A DNA stretch of 64,000 nucleotides from NCBI GenBank assembly GCA_017411325.1, contig JAFQQJ010000040.1, forward strand, positions 133,659 through 197,658, in the 5' to 3' direction. A model generated the notes under the pieces. The model did no database searches, was not told the origin of the DNA, and was given only the letters and a program-made list of their open reading frames with translations. Shown here one piece after another: positions 1 through 9,405 of the stretch. Within the stretch, counting starts at the first letter, position 1; every line of letters begins with the position of its first letter. The stretch comes from Clostridia bacterium (lineage in GTDB: Bacteria > Bacillota > Clostridia > CAKSNL01 > HGM11501). The position numbers were made by a program, and so were the translations under genes.

Positions 1-389
1 CTTCCGTACTCATAGTCAATTTTTTCAAGCATTGCTTCAAAAAATTTTCTTCTTTTGGCGGGGATTTTAATAACGTGCTCTCCTTCATTTAAGGAAAACT
101 CTTTCATAAATTCCGATTCAAACAGATGCGGAGGAATGTTGAGAAGCGCTCTTGAATAATAGCCTGCATCGTCTCCTATACTTCTGTGAATTGTGTTCGG
201 CGGTACAATAACAAGATCTCCCGCCTCCAAAGAGTATATGGCACTGTCAATGAAATATTTTCTGTTGCCTTCCAGAAGATAATAAAACTCATAGAAATTG
301 TGTAAGTGCAAAAATCCCATGCTTTTATGCTTGACATAATTACTGCGGTCTGCAGTAAATCTGTCAGATGAAGTCTGCTTTATATCCAT
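1..389 (-). CDS. AraC-family transcriptional regulator, N-terminal cupin/effector domain only (the rest lies left of the window)
   Basis: Not in the ORF track because no stop falls inside the window. A reverse-strand ATG at 387-389 lies just downstream of GGAGG. My translation MDIKQTSSDRFTADRSNYVKHKSMGFLHLHNFYEFYYLLEGNRKYFIDSAIYSLEAGDLVIVPPNTIHRS shows the AraC-type cupin pattern. Confidence 0.6.
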   Translation of the reverse strand, partial: MDIKQTSSDRFTADRSNYVKHKSMGFLHLHNFYEFYYLLEGNRKYFIDSAIYSLEAGDLVIVPPNTIHRSIGDDAGYYSRALLNIPPHLFESEFMKEFSLNEGEHVIKIPAKRRKFFEAMLEKIDYEYG

Positions 390-530
390 AAAATCCTCCG
401 AAAGTGCAATATTTTTGTTTTTTTAGAAAAAAATCACTATATTTTAATGGAAAAAACAAATTTATAGGTGTATTATATAAAAGAAGACAATGATTTGTCA
501 ATAATAAATTTCTTTAAGGAGGAAATTTTT

Positions 531-1841
531 ATGGAAAAGAAAAGATATGTACAGGTGGGCATCGGCGGAAGATCCAGAATGTGGTCAGGCGCACTTGCCA
601 CAACCTACAAAGACACCTGTGAGCTTACTGCACTTTGCGACATCAACAGAACAAGACTTGAGCTTGGCAGAAAAATTTTAATGGAAAACTTCGGTTATCA
701 CGATGTTAACCTTTACGGTGCAGATGAGTTTGAAAAGATGATTGAAACAGAAAAGCCCGATGTTGTTATCGTGACATCCATCGACAGAACGCATCACCGT
801 TACATCGTTAAGGCTATGGAAATGGGCTGCGACGTTATTTCCGAAAAGCCTATGACGGTTGACGACGATAAGTGCAACGAAATACTCGATGCCATTGAAA
901 GAACAGGCAAAAACTTAAGAGTTTCATTTAACTACCGTTATGCTCCCCATAACTCAAAGCTCCGTGAAATCATTGCAGAAGGAACAATCGGTGACGTTAA
1001 GCAGATTCATTTTGAGTGGCTCTTAAACACAGCTCACGGCGCAGACTATTTCAGACGCTGGCACAGAGACAAGAGAAACTCCGGCGGTCTTATGGTGCAT
1101 AAGGCAACCCACCACTTCGACCTTGTAAACTTCTGGATTAACTCCTACCCCGTAAAGGTTTATGCTCAGGGCGGACTTAAGTTCTACGGAAGAGAAAATG
1201 CGGAAGAACGCGGCATCACAAAGTTTTATACCCGCTGCCACGGCTCCGAAAACGCCAAGGGCGATCCCTTTGCAATAAATATGGAGGCAAGCCCCTATCT
1301 CCGCACCATGTATCTGGAGGCTGAAAAGGACGACGGTTATGTTCGTGACCAGAGCGTATTCGGCGACGGTATCAGCATTGAAGATACAATGAATGTGCTT
1401 GTTAACTATGCAAACGGTGCAATTATGAGCTACTCATTAAATGCGTTCTCTCCCTACGAAGGACTTAAGGTCTGCATCACCGGTACCAAGGGACGAGTTG
1501 AAATGAGAGTTGTTGAGGATATTTATATCAACGGTCAGGATGCTTCCGAAAAGGAAGGTCTTGTAAAGGGCAGAAGCATCGTTGTTTATCCTCAGTTCCA
1601 GCCCCCCTATGAGGTTGAGATCAAAAAAATAGAAGGCGGACACGGCGGCGGCGACCCCGTTATGCTTGACGATATCTTCAATCCCAATGCTCCTTACGAT
1701 CCTCTCCACAGAGCGGCAAGTCACATCGACGGTGCAATGAGTATTATGACAGGTATCTGTGCCAATAAGTCAATGGCATCAGGTATGCCCGTTAACGTAT
1801 TTGACTATGTAAACATTCCCAAGGATAAGCTTAAGAAATAA
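531..1841 (+). CDS. Gfo/Idh/MocA-family NAD(P)-dependent oxidoreductase
   Basis: ORF 468..1841. The ATG at 531 follows AAGGAGG, whereas the 468 start is GTG with no RBS. It has the Rossmann motif VQVGIGGRSRMW and the family EKP motif (ISEKPM). Confidence 0.8.
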   Translation: MEKKRYVQVGIGGRSRMWSGALATTYKDTCELTALCDINRTRLELGRKILMENFGYHDVNLYGADEFEKMIETEKPDVVIVTSIDRTHHRYIVKAMEMGCDVISEKPMTVDDDKCNEILDAIERTGKNLRVSFNYRYAPHNSKLREIIAEGTIGDVKQIHFEWLLNTAHGADYFRRWHRDKRNSGGLMVHKATHHFDLVNFWINSYPVKVYAQGGLKFYGRENAEERGITKFYTRCHGSENAKGDPFAINMEASPYLRTMYLEAEKDDGYVRDQSVFGDGISIEDTMNVLVNYANGAIMSYSLNAFSPYEGLKVCITGTKGRVEMRVVEDIYINGQDASEKEGLVKGRSIVVYPQFQPPYEVEIKKIEGGHGGGDPVMLDDIFNPNAPYDPLHRAASHIDGAMSIMTGICANKSMASGMPVNVFDYVNIPKDKLKK

Positions 1842-1846
1842 GTATT

Positions 1847-1880
1847 AAAGGTTCCGATTATTTTAATCGGAACCTTTTTA
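1847..1880 (+). terminator. intrinsic terminator
   Basis: The sequence is aaaggttccgatta-ttt-taatcggaaccttttt. Confidence 0.75.
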
Positions 1881-1934
1881 TTCACTTCTCCTTTAAGATA
1901 AACGGGAGGAGCAAGCCCCTCCCCTACATTTCAT

Positions 1935-1963
1935 TTGCATTTTCTATTTCTTTGTGCTATACT
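1935..1963 (+). promoter_or_regulatory. sigma-A-type promoter for the HAD gene
   Basis: TTGCAT, a 17-nt spacer, then TGcTATACT. Confidence 0.45.
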
Positions 1964-1980
1964 GCTTAAGAGGTGTTTAT

Positions 1981-2790
1981 ATGGATAAATTCACATTTTT
2001 TATAGATATTGACGGGACGCTGGCAAATGATGAAAAAACTGTGCCCGAAGAAAACATAAAAGCCATTGCCGAAGCAAGAGAAAAAGGACATATGGTTTTC
2101 ATAAACACAGGCCGCTCTGTAAGCCGCCTTCCTTTCCATCTTTCCTTTGATACCGGTGTTGACGGAGTTATAACAAGTCTCGGTGCCACAATTTTTCACG
2201 GGCGTGATGTGATTTTTGAAAATTACACATCCGTTTCCGAAACCGTTGAAATTTATGAAATATGCAAAAAGTGCGGCTGGCATTTTTATTTTGATACGGA
2301 ATTTCAGAAGTATGAGCTTAATGTTCCCGAAAACAACACTCACGTCCCCATAAGCGAACAAAATACGCAGAAAAGCAGGCTTCTTGCATTTTCCGAAAAG
2401 GATTTCATTATTACCGATGAAGCTTATATAAGAGAAAAAAACATCCGCTTATCCAAGATGATTGCCTTCCCCGAAGGCGATGATATGACGGAATTTATGC
2501 GCCTTTCAAAGTATTTTACAATACATAAGACTCTTGGCTATTTTGATTTATCCCTTAAAAGCAACGGAAAGGATAAGGCAATAGATTGGGTATGCAAGCA
2601 TTTTAACCTCCCCCTGTCAAAAACCGTAGCTATGGGCGACTCGGAAAATGATATCCCTATGCTTAACTTTGCCGCCTTTTCCGCAGTTCCGAAAAACGCC
2701 ACCGAGGGTGCAAAAAAGAATGCAAAATACATCTCACCTCTTACCAACAACGAAGCCTTCGTTGCCGGGGTTATAAGAAGGTTTATATAA
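1981..2790 (+). CDS. Cof-type HAD-IIB family phosphatase
   Basis: ORF 1954..2790. The ATG at 1981 follows AGAGGTG. HAD motif I is FIDIDGTL and motif IV is MGDSENDIPM. Confidence 0.8.
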   Translation: MDKFTFFIDIDGTLANDEKTVPEENIKAIAEAREKGHMVFINTGRSVSRLPFHLSFDTGVDGVITSLGATIFHGRDVIFENYTSVSETVEIYEICKKCGWHFYFDTEFQKYELNVPENNTHVPISEQNTQKSRLLAFSEKDFIITDEAYIREKNIRLSKMIAFPEGDDMTEFMRLSKYFTIHKTLGYFDLSLKSNGKDKAIDWVCKHFNLPLSKTVAMGDSENDIPMLNFAAFSAVPKNATEGAKKNAKYISPLTNNEAFVAGVIRRFI

Positions 2791-2826
2791 AAGATACTGC
2801 GGAAGCATTGCTTCCGCAGTATCTTT
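2791..2826. terminator. bidirectional intrinsic terminator
   Basis: The sequence aagatactgcggaagc-attg-cttccgcagtatctttt lies between convergent genes. Confidence 0.75.
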
Positions 2827-2828
2827 TA

Positions 2829-3809
2829 TTATTCAAACAAGTTCCAGTTAAAAACTTCGCACTGGCCATACATATTTTCTCCGATTGCCAAAACGCTTCC
2901 ATCTTCCTTTATACCAATTGCATGACGTGATCCTGCCTCAATCGCTACAATATCCTTCCACTTTTCCACTTCGCACTGACCATCATATCCATAGGCTCCG
3001 CCTTCCTTAAATTCAGTTGCCACAACAGTTCCGTCACTTTTAAGTCCAAGTGTATAATTATAGCCTGCCGAAATTGCCACAATGTCTTTCCATTTTTCCA
3101 CGTTGCACTGCCCGTTGACATTGTTCCCTGTTGCTACAACCGTCCCGTCACTTTTAAGCCCTACCGTATGATTACTGCCGACAGAAATCCCTGCAATATC
3201 CTCCCATTCATCAACATCGCACCGTCCGCTTCCGTTGCTGCCCGTTGCAACAACCTTTCCGTTGCTTTTTAATCCTACTGTATGTATCATCCCTGCCCCG
3301 ATATCAACAATATCCGTCCAGCTTTCCACATCACACTGTCCTTCATTATTATATCCCGTTGCCATCACTCCACCGTTTTCATCCAATCCCACGGTGTAAT
3401 CGCTGCCGGCAGAAACCACCTTGATATTTTTCCAGTCTCCCACATCGCTGCAACCATCATAATTTGATCCTGTTGCAACAACACTTCCGTCATCCCTGAG
3501 CCCGACAATATGAGCCGTTCCTGCCGAAACTGCAGTAATATCATCCCATAATGACACAGAAGTTATCTGCACCTGATAATCGCCAAGTGCGTAAGCTCCT
3601 GCCATATCCACCTTTCCTTCCGGATTTACCATTACGGTTTGTATCCCTCCTGCCGAAATGCTTTTGTTTATTTCGCGGGAAAGTGTATATTTTTCATTGA
3701 AATCTCTCTGCTTTTGCTTGTATAAATTCACTTTAACAGCAATACAGCCCACCGATATCACAAATGCAGCAATGCAAAGTATCATAACGATTCTTTTATA
3801 TGCTTTCAT
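2829..3809 (-). CDS. membrane-anchored RCC1-like repeat (beta-propeller) protein
   Basis: It has an N-terminal TM helix (IVMILCIAAFVISVGCIAV). This is followed by about 7 tandem repeats of roughly 38 aa with the pattern HTVGLKSDGTVVATGxNxxGQCxVxxWxDIVxISAG. Confidence 0.7.
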   Translation of the reverse strand: MKAYKRIVMILCIAAFVISVGCIAVKVNLYKQKQRDFNEKYTLSREINKSISAGGIQTVMVNPEGKVDMAGAYALGDYQVQITSVSLWDDITAVSAGTAHIVGLRDDGSVVATGSNYDGCSDVGDWKNIKVVSAGSDYTVGLDENGGVMATGYNNEGQCDVESWTDIVDIGAGMIHTVGLKSNGKVVATGSNGSGRCDVDEWEDIAGISVGSNHTVGLKSDGTVVATGNNVNGQCNVEKWKDIVAISAGYNYTLGLKSDGTVVATEFKEGGAYGYDGQCEVEKWKDIVAIEAGSRHAIGIKEDGSVLAIGENMYGQCEVFNWNLFE

Positions 3810-3835
3810 GCCGTTCGCTCTCCTTCCAACATCTT

Positions 3836-4663
3836 TTATCTTTTCCGAAGCTCCCAGAAGGCAACCGCTGATGCCGATGCCACATTAAGTGAATCAACGC
3901 CGTGCTGCATGGGAATTTTCACCGTGTATGTACTTTGTTCAATAGTTTCTCTTTTAAGCCCCGCGCCTTCAGTACCTAATATCACTGCAAGCTTATCCTC
4001 TTTCTTAAGACATTCATCATCAATTGAAACAGAGTTGTTCCAGAGTGCCATAGCACAGCTTGCAAATCCCCGTTCGTGAAGGAAGGTAAGACCTTTACCG
4101 GGCCAATCTGAGATATTCTCTCCAAGATATGTCCAGGGTACCTGAAAAACCGTACCCATACTTACCCTTACCGTTCTTCTGTTTAAGGGGTCTGAGCAGG
4201 AGGGCGTTAAAAGCACCGCATCAATTCCGAGAGCCGCCGCACTTCTGAATATTGCACCCACATTGGTGGTGTCGACAATATCTTCTAAAACTGCAATACG
4301 GCTTGCGCCCTCTAACATCTCTTCGGGCTTTTTTAAGGCGGGGCGCTTCATAGCACATAGGATTCCCCGTGTAAGAGGATATCCCGTCAGGCTTTCAAGC
4401 ATTTCGCTGTCCGCTGTATAAAGAGGAATATCCCCTGCCATTTTTATTATTTCTTTTCCGCTGCCCTCAATTCTTTTCCTTTCCATTAAAAGTGAAACAG
4501 GCTCATAGCCACGCTCAAGAGCATATTTTATAACATTCGGGCTTTCTGCGATAAAAAGCCCCTTTTCCCTGTCAAGCTTGTTTTTAAGCTGTGCTTCGGT
4601 CAGACGGCAGTAAACGTCAAGGCAGGGATTTTCAATATCAGTAATTTCAATTATATTTGCCAT
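3836..4663 (-). CDS. SpoU/TrmH-family RNA 2'-O-methyltransferase
   Basis: 275 aa. The C-terminal SpoU motifs are LEDIVDTTNVGAIFRSAAALG, VILGTEGAGL and IPMQHGVDSLNVASA. Confidence 0.8.
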   Translation of the reverse strand: MANIIEITDIENPCLDVYCRLTEAQLKNKLDREKGLFIAESPNVIKYALERGYEPVSLLMERKRIEGSGKEIIKMAGDIPLYTADSEMLESLTGYPLTRGILCAMKRPALKKPEEMLEGASRIAVLEDIVDTTNVGAIFRSAAALGIDAVLLTPSCSDPLNRRTVRVSMGTVFQVPWTYLGENISDWPGKGLTFLHERGFASCAMALWNNSVSIDDECLKKEDKLAVILGTEGAGLKRETIEQSTYTVKIPMQHGVDSLNVASASAVAFWELRKR

Positions 4664-4665
4664 AA

Positions 4666-5199
4666 TTATTCTCCGTATAAAAGCGTGTATAACTTTTTAT
4701 AAATTGCTATTTTTTTAATGTAGTTATCCGTTTCGGGAAACGGTGCACCCGTAAGGCTTTTTCCGTCGGGAGAATAAGCAGAATCCGAAAGCCATTCGTC
4801 CACATTTCCGCTTCCCGCATTGTATGCGGCAAGTGCGCTTGTTTCTTCTCCTCCGTATTTATCTAAAAGATAGCGAAGATAAAAACATCCGAGGCGGATA
4901 TTTACTTCCGGGTTTGTCACCTCTGCCGCAAGGTTTTTATCCCCCACTTTTTCAGCACACCAGAGGGCAGTATCCTCCGTCAGCTGCATAAGCCCCGATG
5001 CACCTTTTACAGACTCGGCATAAGGATCAAAGCCGCTTTCTGCCTTTATAAGGGCATAGACCAAGAAACGGTCAAGGGAATACTCTTCTGCTGTTTTGTC
5101 AATTTCTTCTTTATATTTAACCTCAATTTTCCCAAGGAGAAAGGAAAATGCCACCGCTATTATCAGAATAGCAATAAAAAGCCTTAAAACCTTTTTCAT
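4666..5199 (-). CDS. SLT-domain lytic transglycosylase (membrane anchored)
   Basis: It has an N-terminal TM segment and the catalytic region AESGFDPYAESVKGASGLMQL...AYNAGSGNV. Confidence 0.8.
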   Translation of the reverse strand: MKKVLRLFIAILIIAVAFSFLLGKIEVKYKEEIDKTAEEYSLDRFLVYALIKAESGFDPYAESVKGASGLMQLTEDTALWCAEKVGDKNLAAEVTNPEVNIRLGCFYLRYLLDKYGGEETSALAAYNAGSGNVDEWLSDSAYSPDGKSLTGAPFPETDNYIKKIAIYKKLYTLLYGE

Positions 5200-5789
5200 T
5201 TACCCAGAATATCCTTTCCGACGCACTCTGAAACTATATCAAGCACTTCTTTTTCAAGCCTTTCGGCATCTCCGTCATTTACTATCACAAAGTCGCACTT
5301 TTCCTTTATAGGTGCAAGATTCCGTGCATTGATTCTTAATCTTGCATCATCTATGCTTAAATTATCTCTCTTCATAATTCTTGCAAGGCGAAGTTCATCC
5401 TCCGCATCCACGAAAATAACCTTGTCGCAAAGCTTATCCTCACCTGCTTCAAAAAGGAGCGGTGCATCAAGAACTATGAGTCCGCTTGATGCTTCTATTT
5501 CTTCTTTGGTAAGCTTAATAATATATTTATGCGTAATTTTATTCAATATTAAAAGCTTTTCCTTATCTGAAAAAACTATTCTTCCAAGGGCTTTTCTGTC
5601 AAGCACACCATCTTTTATGACACCGGGAAAGGATTCATCAATTTCTGAAAGAGCAATTCCGCCCTCTTTTGTAATTTCACGGCTCAATTTATCCGCATCT
5701 ATTATCTTTGCACCCTTTTTTTGAAGTATTGCACTTATCAGGCTTTTTCCCGCACCGGTTCCTCCCGTTAATCCAAGTACATATCTCAT
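5196..5789 (-). CDS. coaE: dephospho-CoA kinase
   Basis: 197 aa with P-loop GLTGGTGAGKS at the N-terminus and CoaE-like length and layout. There are 4-nt overlaps with the neighbouring genes on both sides. Confidence 0.85.
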   Translation of the reverse strand: MRYVLGLTGGTGAGKSLISAILQKKGAKIIDADKLSREITKEGGIALSEIDESFPGVIKDGVLDRKALGRIVFSDKEKLLILNKITHKYIIKLTKEEIEASSGLIVLDAPLLFEAGEDKLCDKVIFVDAEDELRLARIMKRDNLSIDDARLRINARNLAPIKEKCDFVIVNDGDAERLEKEVLDIVSECVGKDILGK

Positions 5790-8383
5790 TTTGCATCATA
5801 CCAGGAAAAGCCGCGTCCCGCATCCGCCAGAAGCGGAACGGCAATTTTTGCGGCGTTTTCCATTTCCCTTACTAAAATTTCCTCAGCCTTGTCTGCTTCT
5901 TTCAGGGGCGCTGATACTATAAGTTCATCGTGCACCTGAAGTATAAGACGGCAGTTTTCCGTTTCCTCAGAAAGTGCCTTACTTACCCTTACCATAGCGA
6001 TTTTTATTATATCCGCCGCTGTTCCCTGAACGGGAGTGTTCATTGCCGCACGCTCACCGAAGGAGCGGGTGTTGAAGTTGCCCGACAAAATTTCGGGAAT
6101 ATAACGGCGACGACCAAACATTGTTTTGACAATTCCGTCCACCTTTGCCTCTGCCACAGTATTATCCATAAAGGCTTTTATCTTGGGATATGTCTCAAAA
6201 TACGCCTCCATATAGCGCTTTGCCTCGGCACGGGTAACGTGAATATCCTTGGCAAGACCAAATTCACTTATTCCGTAAACTATACCGAAGTTTACCGCCT
6301 TTGCACGGCGACGCATTGAGTCTGTCACCTCATCTTCCGGAACGCCGAAAATTTCCGAGGCACATCTTTTATGAACATCTGTTCCGTCAAGAAAGGCCTT
6401 CTGCATTGCCTCGTCCCCCGAAAGGTGTGAAAGCACACGAAGCTCAATCTGTGAATAGTCCGCATCAATTAAAATTTCGCCTTCGCTGTCTGCGGTAAAC
6501 ATTTTTCTGAGGCGTCTTCCCTCTTCCATTCTTACCGGAATGTTTTGCAAATTAGGCTCAGTCGAGCTTATTCTGCCCGTTGCGGTTACAGTCTGATTAA
6601 AGGTTGAATGAATTTTTCCGTCCTCCCCGATTAAAGGAAGCATACCGTCAACATAGGTGCCCTTTAATTTTGCCATTTGACGGTATTCAAGAATTGATTC
6701 AACAATGGGGAATTTCCCCGCAAGCTCCGATAAAACCTCCGCATCTGTGGAATAGCCGGTTTTTGTCTTTTTCACAACCGGAAGACTTAAATGCTCAAAA
6801 AGTACTGTTCCAAGCTGCTTTGGAGAGTTTATGTTAAACTCCTCGCCTGCCATAAAGTAAATGCTGTCTTCCAATGATTTTATGCGAAGGTCAAGCTCTT
6901 TTCCGTAATCTTCCAGCTTTGCCGCATCCACAGAAAAGCCCGTAATCTCCATATCTGCAAGAACTCTTATTAAGGGAAGCTCCACCTCATAAAGCAAAAA
7001 TTCCTGCTCGTTTTCCTTTATTTTGGCAAGGATGGTACTTCTTAAATCCTTTACCGACAAAGCTGCATCGGCAGCTATTTTAAGCTTGTTTTCGTTTTCT
7101 TTGACGGAAGGTGCTTTCTTATCTTCAAAATCCTCCGTAAGACGGGAAAGATATGCCATTGAAAGGCGTGAAAGCTTGTAGTCAGATGCTGTGGGATCCA
7201 AGATATATGCCCCTATTTCTGCATCAAAGGCATAGTTTTTATAGCCTATATACAGCTTATTTAATATTACAATATCTTCCTTTATGCCGTGGGAAACTTT
7301 TATAATATTTTCGTCCTCGAAAATATCTTTGAAGTTACGAAGGGATAATTCGGTATAATATACCTCATCATCCTTCAGGAAAGCGATTGCCTGAGGCATA
7401 CCTTCCTTTTTGAAGAGATAATAATAAAACTCCGTAATACCGCAAAGGACACCAATAAGTTCTTCAGTATCGGTTAATTCCTTTGCCAAAACCACTTCTC
7501 CCAAAGGTGCCGCCTCCACCTTGCAGCGCTCAATAAAGCTCTTGAATTCAAGGCGTGTAAAAAGGCTTAAAAGAGCCTCGTTGTTATATTCTGAAAGTGC
7601 GCAGTCATCTATTGTTTCATCAACGGGACTATTGACATCGATTGTAGCAAGCTCCTTGCTTAAGTAAGCCATATCCCTGCCGTCTTTAAGCTTCTGCTTT
7701 GCCGACGGCCCAAGCTTTGCAGTTTCCAAGTTTTCATACACAGCATCAATGCTTTTATATTCCCCTATAAGGGCAAAGGCTGTTTTCTCGCCGATTCCCG
7801 CAACGCCCGGAATGTTGTCAGAGGTATCTCCCATAAGGCCTTTAACATCAATAAACTCCTTCGGGGTAACACCGTACTTTGCATAAACCGCATCTTCATC
7901 GTAAATATCAGTTGTGGTCTGCCCTTTTGATGTTACGGTTAAGTAAACCTTTGTGGTTTTGCTTGCAAGCTGCAAATCGTCCTTATCGCCCGTTACAATG
8001 TCGCACTCGATGCCTGAATCCGCGCATCTTTTTGCCATTGTTCCGATTATGTCATCCGCCTCATAGCCTTCCTTTTCCAGGATGGCTATGTTCATTGCAG
8101 AAAGAACCTCTTTAATTACAGGCATCTGCATAAAAAGCTCCTCCGGCATCCCTTTTCGCTGAGCCTTATATTCCGCATAACGCTTATGGCGGAAGGTGGG
8201 AGCCTTAAGGTCAAAGGCAACGGCGATATAATCGGGATTTATAGCGTCCATATTTTTAAATAAAATATTTAAAAAGCCGTAAACCGCATTGGTATAAAGC
8301 CCCTCGGAATTTGTGAGAAGCTTTATGCCGTAAAAGGCGCGGTTCATTATACTGTTTCCGTCTACTATAAGGAATTTTTTCAT
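5786..8383 (-). CDS. polA: DNA polymerase I
   Basis: 865 aa. It has a 5'-nuclease N-terminus (LIVDGNSIMNRAFYG, GDTSDNIPGVAGIGEKTA). Family-A polymerase motifs are DYSQIELRVLSHLSGD, RRRAKAVNFGIVYG and QVHDELIV. Confidence 0.95.
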   Translation of the reverse strand: MKKFLIVDGNSIMNRAFYGIKLLTNSEGLYTNAVYGFLNILFKNMDAINPDYIAVAFDLKAPTFRHKRYAEYKAQRKGMPEELFMQMPVIKEVLSAMNIAILEKEGYEADDIIGTMAKRCADSGIECDIVTGDKDDLQLASKTTKVYLTVTSKGQTTTDIYDEDAVYAKYGVTPKEFIDVKGLMGDTSDNIPGVAGIGEKTAFALIGEYKSIDAVYENLETAKLGPSAKQKLKDGRDMAYLSKELATIDVNSPVDETIDDCALSEYNNEALLSLFTRLEFKSFIERCKVEAAPLGEVVLAKELTDTEELIGVLCGITEFYYYLFKKEGMPQAIAFLKDDEVYYTELSLRNFKDIFEDENIIKVSHGIKEDIVILNKLYIGYKNYAFDAEIGAYILDPTASDYKLSRLSMAYLSRLTEDFEDKKAPSVKENENKLKIAADAALSVKDLRSTILAKIKENEQEFLLYEVELPLIRVLADMEITGFSVDAAKLEDYGKELDLRIKSLEDSIYFMAGEEFNINSPKQLGTVLFEHLSLPVVKKTKTGYSTDAEVLSELAGKFPIVESILEYRQMAKLKGTYVDGMLPLIGEDGKIHSTFNQTVTATGRISSTEPNLQNIPVRMEEGRRLRKMFTADSEGEILIDADYSQIELRVLSHLSGDEAMQKAFLDGTDVHKRCASEIFGVPEDEVTDSMRRRAKAVNFGIVYGISEFGLAKDIHVTRAEAKRYMEAYFETYPKIKAFMDNTVAEAKVDGIVKTMFGRRRYIPEILSGNFNTRSFGERAAMNTPVQGTAADIIKIAMVRVSKALSEETENCRLILQVHDELIVSAPLKEADKAEEILVREMENAAKIAVPLLADAGRGFSWYDAK

Positions 8384-9237
8384 AACATTTCCTCTTTCAG
8401 ATTATATTTTATTGTATCTGTTTTATCCGAAGGCTTTACGCCGTATTTTTTCACATATGCTCTGTAAAAAGCCGAATAATCGCCAAATCCCGTACTTGAT
8501 GCCGCCTCAACGCTTCCCGTTCCGCCCAGTATCAGGTTTCTTGCGTTCATAAGTCTTTTTGCCGTAACATATTCCCACACCGAAGTGCCCGTTGCCTCTT
8601 TGAATTTTCTGTTAAGCTGTGTCCTGCTTATAAAAAATTTAGTACAAAGCTTATCTATCGACAACTCCCCGGTAAGATGGGAATTTATGTATTCAACAAT
8701 TTCTGATGTCTGTTTATTTCTGACAGAAGTGTCATCATACAGCTTTGCATCAAAAAGTGAATTAAGCTCAATAAGTACAGAAAAAAGAAGTGCCTTTACC
8801 TTTACTCCGTTGTCATAATTATTTCCCCTGCACTCATCCATTTTGTTAAAAAGTTCGTATATAGCAGTATTTGCCGTATTATGCCTTGAGTATACATTAT
8901 TCTTTCCCAGGGGCCTTTCAAAAAACGGTCTCAAAAGCTTTCTTTCAGGATCAAAGGAATCCACTATTTCCGGAAGAAAGTGTATTACAAAGCTTTCATA
9001 TATTTCCTGTTCCAGATGTGCCTTGTGAAACTCTCCCGGGCGCATCAAAATCAGTTTTCCTTTTTCAAGCTTATGCTCCGAGCCTTCGATTATATACCGT
9101 CCGCTCCCCTTGAAAACGCAATATATTTCACACATTTCGTGTGTATGAAGCCCGTCCCCGGAAAGCGGAGGCTCGGCCATATGGTGACCGAAAGCCACAT
9201 CGTCTATGTAGCAATGACCGAATTTTTTCACAATCAT
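8380..9237 (-). CDS. AraC-family transcriptional regulator
   Basis: 285 aa with an N-terminal cupin (HTHEMCEIYCVFKGSGRY) and a C-terminal HTH_AraC domain (LSIDKLCTKFFISRTQLNRKFK...FGDYSAFYRAYVKKYG). Its stop overlaps the polA ATG (ATGA). Confidence 0.85.
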   Translation of the reverse strand: MIVKKFGHCYIDDVAFGHHMAEPPLSGDGLHTHEMCEIYCVFKGSGRYIIEGSEHKLEKGKLILMRPGEFHKAHLEQEIYESFVIHFLPEIVDSFDPERKLLRPFFERPLGKNNVYSRHNTANTAIYELFNKMDECRGNNYDNGVKVKALLFSVLIELNSLFDAKLYDDTSVRNKQTSEIVEYINSHLTGELSIDKLCTKFFISRTQLNRKFKEATGTSVWEYVTAKRLMNARNLILGGTGSVEAASSTGFGDYSAFYRAYVKKYGVKPSDKTDTIKYNLKEEML

Positions 9238-9346
9238 CTTTATCTCCTCTTGACTTTCTTCAGGGATTTTTCCGACAACAATATATCATTTAATATCATA
9301 CCACAAAATGGCACAATTTGCAATATAAAAAAGAAACAATTTGCTA

Positions 9347-9375
9347 TTGACTTAAAAAAATCAATGATGTAATAT
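9347..9375 (+). promoter_or_regulatory. sigma-A-type promoter for the isomerase/oxidoreductase pair
   Basis: TTGACT, a 17-nt spacer, then TAATAT. Confidence 0.45.
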
Positions 9376-9405
9376 ACACTTGTAATAATTTAAGGAGGTA
9401 CTATT

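Noticed and set aside
468-530. N-terminal extensions implied by the longest-ORF starts in the track, for example at 468, 1954, 15769, 16195, 16733, 19113, 31763, 34616, 40377, 41223, 45634, 47247, 58063 and 62565.
   Set aside because: In each case a downstream ATG or GTG sits 5-10 nt after a GGAGG-like RBS and begins a sensible signal peptide or conserved N-terminus. The upstream start lacks an RBS or is a non-ATG codon. The coordinates in the feature list use the downstream start.
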